Shown here: positions 60,826 through 64,000 of the stretch, in pieces
Numbering within the stretch: the first letter of the stretch is position 1
How the letters are laid out: the number at the start of each line of letters is the position of its first letter
Source of the DNA: Callorhinchus milii
Taxonomy: Eukaryota
Length of the DNA stretch: 64,000 bases
NCBI RefSeq assembly: GCF_018977255.1
Contig: NW_024704743.1
Location: 30,506,001-30,570,000 of the forward strand
Direction of reading: 5' to 3'
Notes under the pieces: model-generated
What the model was told of the DNA's origin: nothing
Databases searched by the model: none
What the model saw: the letters and a program-made list of their open reading frames with translations, nothing else
Translations under genes and position numbers: made by a program

Positions 60826-63659
60826 TTCTGCCTGTCAAAACCACTTGTATATAGGTGTCAATCTGACTGGTCCCACACTGGGCCACACCACAGCCACTTC
60901 CGATGCAAGAGATGAATGCATCTTCTAAAACGCCAAACAAGATGAATATTCACAAGGTGTTACTTTTATTCTGCCAACGAGAAAGAGTTATCAAGTGGAA
61001 CAACTGGCCTTCGACTGACAGGAGTCCATTTTGATTTTGCAAAGCAAATCTTGCTGTGCCAGTTTCAATGAACCAATGGGTATTAGAACAGTCAAGCAAC
61101 CAAACAGCTCGCCCCCACCCCCAACTCCAGCCATCTTGGGAGTTCAAACATTACATAGATACACACATGATAATAATTGCATACATAATGATGCAGGTGC
61201 TACAAACTAGTTGCCCAACACACTGAAGGGAAAGGGGAGGGGAAAGGGTGTGTGGGTGATGGAGCAATCTGCAGACACAACGCAAGAGAAAAATTGGGAC
61301 TACTGACTTGTTCGTCAGTGACTAAAATCATTCATCTTTTTAATCGGACATCAGCAGCATTTGTACCCAGGCCATATTGGGACCATTGTGTGGTCATTGT
61401 GTGGCGTCCGGCTTGGTTCTTTCCAAAGGCAACACTCAGTATAACCAGGCTTACCATCGTGCCTACACCAATCACATGAGGTAACGTTCAGAGTTCTACA
61501 TTTTGCAAAGCAACATGTTTCGGACCCTGCTGCTCATGTCTTGAAGTACTCAAAGGGTTACAGGCTCTTTGAGGGTGATCGATTCTCCTAGTTTGTTTCT
61601 ACACATTTGCAGAATTGATTTGCCAACAATATATACATATATAAATAAAATGCTTGCAGTTGTACATACAGTCATCCAAAAAGTAGCCGTGTCCCTGGTG
61701 AACATAGCTCTTCGCTGAGCTCAACTTTCTCCTAAACTCCAAACAGATTATTTTCCCCTTTGAGCTTGCAGTGCAACGTTATTAGAACCCCTCCGCAGGA
61801 ATGTTTTCCAGCAGCTGGACAAACATAATCCAACACACAGGGCTGTCTTTGTGGTGCTGGATTAAAAGGTCCTGCGCTGAAAAAAACCCAACCCAGACAG
61901 GCACCTCTCCAGTAACTCACCATTGATTTTTCAGGAAATCCCATCAGGATAACTGTAAGACAGCCTAAGGTCTTGATAAATTGGAAGACAGCGATGTGAC
62001 CGTGAGGTGAAAAAAGACTGGCCTCTTGTCAGCAGAGATGTTTATGCCACCAGGCGTACTGTACTGCAATAGCTTTGCATGAGTCTCATTGCTTTTCAGC
62101 TGGAGCTGTTTCTCCTTATCAATATGATATGCATTCCTCCTGCAAACCTCCTACTCCTCACCTCCCCCACAACCCCTCATGCCAACACCCCACGGTCTCT
62201 CCCCTACCCCCATTCCTTCAGGAACAGGATGCCCTTGAAGTGCATGCTAACATCTGGTGAATGCGAGATTCCCTCTTGCTCATCATCGCAGAGCAATTTA
62301 GTGCGAGTCGATCAGCTCAGAAAGGGTTACACGCCCCATCGCCACTCTTTGAAAGGCATTTTAAACATACATAATTCTTTCAGATAAAAGCCCTCTCGTC
62401 GCAGTCTGGTATTTATATCTCAGAATCGCAGAGAATGCTTTTGCCCCGTAGGATTAAAATGGCCTATTTTTATTTTAAAACCCAGGTGGCTGACAAGCCT
62501 TTGGATCCAGGAGCGAAAAAACATACACAGGGTTTAAAAAGTTAATAGCTCTTCCAGCGGCCTGTTGTCAAACTCCGATGCAGAAAATGGGTGCAGGTGG
62601 GAAGCTGAAGACAGAAGTTGCAATCAGCCTCTGATGTTCCGACATGATAGACTTACTGTGTAACTGTTTCGGAATTATTAGAAAAACTGCATGACAGCTG
62701 AATTCCCCCAGGACACCAGTGCAATCACCTGCTCTTGCAGGTTCCTCCACGAAAAGTCCCTCAGACATACAAATTGCTGTGTGCAGCGTCTGAAGGTGCC
62801 GTTTGTAGATTCTGCGACTGTCTGGAGAGCGGCGAGCAAAGAAGCAGGCAATCAGGCGGCAAAGCGCTTTTCCAAAACCTCTGCCATGACAAGAGGATTC
62901 ATCACAGGCACCTTGTCCATCCATCTCCAACAGACTGCTGAGAATGCACCATTACATCACTTTGCTCTCTCTCTCTCTCTCCCCCCCATGTTAATTCCTG
63001 CAAGCAATAGCTGCTGCTTTTTTTCCAAAGATACCTTAGTCGTGCACTTTATTTCTTTTCCTCCTCCCATTGCCTGATCGCAGCTGATGAGGTAGGTTGC
63101 AGCATCATTCCCCGGCACTCTGAGGATCAATGATAATCAAATCAAAGCGAGTTGAAGGAAGAGACGGAAACGGCAACACAGGAAAGATATGATTTTTTTT
63201 AGATGGTGGGGCGGGAAGGAAAATAAATCGTTATTTACAATTGCAATTTAATAGAATAACAAGTCTGCATATAGACCTCATGAAGAAAGCGTTTGCTTTA
63301 TCCAGCCATTAAAAAGAATAGGGATTTGAAGCAAAATAAGGGAGAAGCATCCAATATCCATAACGGCAAAAAGCTCGCAACTAATTTTTTCTGCTACGTA
63401 ACTGTAGTAGTCTTCGGAGCAACAAAGCTTCTGCGGAACGCTCCAAGCCAAAAGTCACATGAGAAAGCACATGATCGAGCAGTCGGATGATGATGTGGTC
63501 AACTGTTTTATTGAAAGAAATGAGAACATCATAGGCGATGCTTGCTCTCTCTCTAGTGGTTAGAGAGTATTTCTCTCCTTCCTTCTTTTGTCCTTTTCCT
63601 CTTTTTAAAAAAATACAAGAAAAAATCTCCGACACGCACAGACTGTGGATGCTGTTCCT

Positions 63660-64000
63660 AAGGCATTAGCTTGATGGCAGCAATATTACTTCAGAGGGGA
63701 CACACACCAGCAGCTCCGCACGCCACACAGACAGGAGACGGCAAGCTCTCTTGTTTATTCACCTGTGAGCGCTTTGACCCTGCGGCTGAATAACACGATG
63801 GGGATATCGTCGCCTTTTGTTCCTTTTTTCCCCCACTTGGCACCGTTGACAAACTCACTGCTCGGCTACGATCCAGATGTTTCAAGCAAGGTCACGAAGG
63901 AGATTGTGTGAAAGACAATGAGAGTCTCCAGCAGGAACCGCAGGGTGAACCTTGGATGTCACACACGCACCTTGAGACTGTTTACCTCAACCCCAGTCGA
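63660..64000. promoter_or_regulatory. CpG-enriched, repeat-free segment running off the window edge (possible CpG-island flank)
   Basis: About 15 CpGs counted by eye in about 340 bp, against a CpG-depleted background. Confidence 0.35.

Noticed and set aside
61352..61378. agcagcatttgtacccaggcc resembles miR-103/107
   Set aside because: Several differences from a near-invariant miRNA and no convincing hairpin
62568..63077. Overlapping 120-128 aa ORFs on both strands
   Set aside because: No recognisable domain, the plus-strand ORF runs into a (CT)n repeat, and there is no convincing donor site
63085..63110. tgaggtaggttgcagc resembles let-7, and ctgatgag resembles a hammerhead half-core
   Set aside because: It lacks the full let-7 mature sequence and a precursor hairpin, and there is no stem II/GAAA downstream
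1..64000. CRISPR arrays, operons, prophage or defence systems
   Set aside because: No regularly spaced repeat-spacer array and no long gene-dense ORFs; the sequence is vertebrate non-coding DNA

Overview
This is eukaryotic, largely non-coding vertebrate DNA, either a large intron or an intergenic region. The repeat content points to a cartilaginous fish, most likely a holocephalan (elephant shark or chimaera type). That assignment comes from my recollection of the repeat families, not from a search. The window is dominated by retroposon debris: a young tRNA-headed SINE with an L2-type tail (about 20 copies or fragments), an older Deu-domain SINE (about 12), a third ancient SINE family, decayed L2 and CR1 LINE fragments, one ancient RT relic, and microsatellites. 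I recognise no host protein-coding gene, rRNA, true tRNA, CRISPR array or prokaryotic system. The ORF track is almost all chance ORFs or LINE remnants. I found no demonstrable new biological system. The items most worth checking are: (1) a TSD-flanked hairpin element with a degenerate hammerhead-ribozyme core, Penelope-like (9.5-9.7 kb); (2) an ancient ~190-bp palindromic element (44.2 kb); (3) visible module sharing between two SINE families and L2; (4) recurrent L2-tail micro-insertions at one homologous SINE site; (5) several local duplications; (6) candidate enhancer motifs (perfect DR2 next to an NRF1-like site; Pbx-Meis/Prep decamers); (7) a few unverified candidate exons. Repeat boundaries were set by eye and are approximate.
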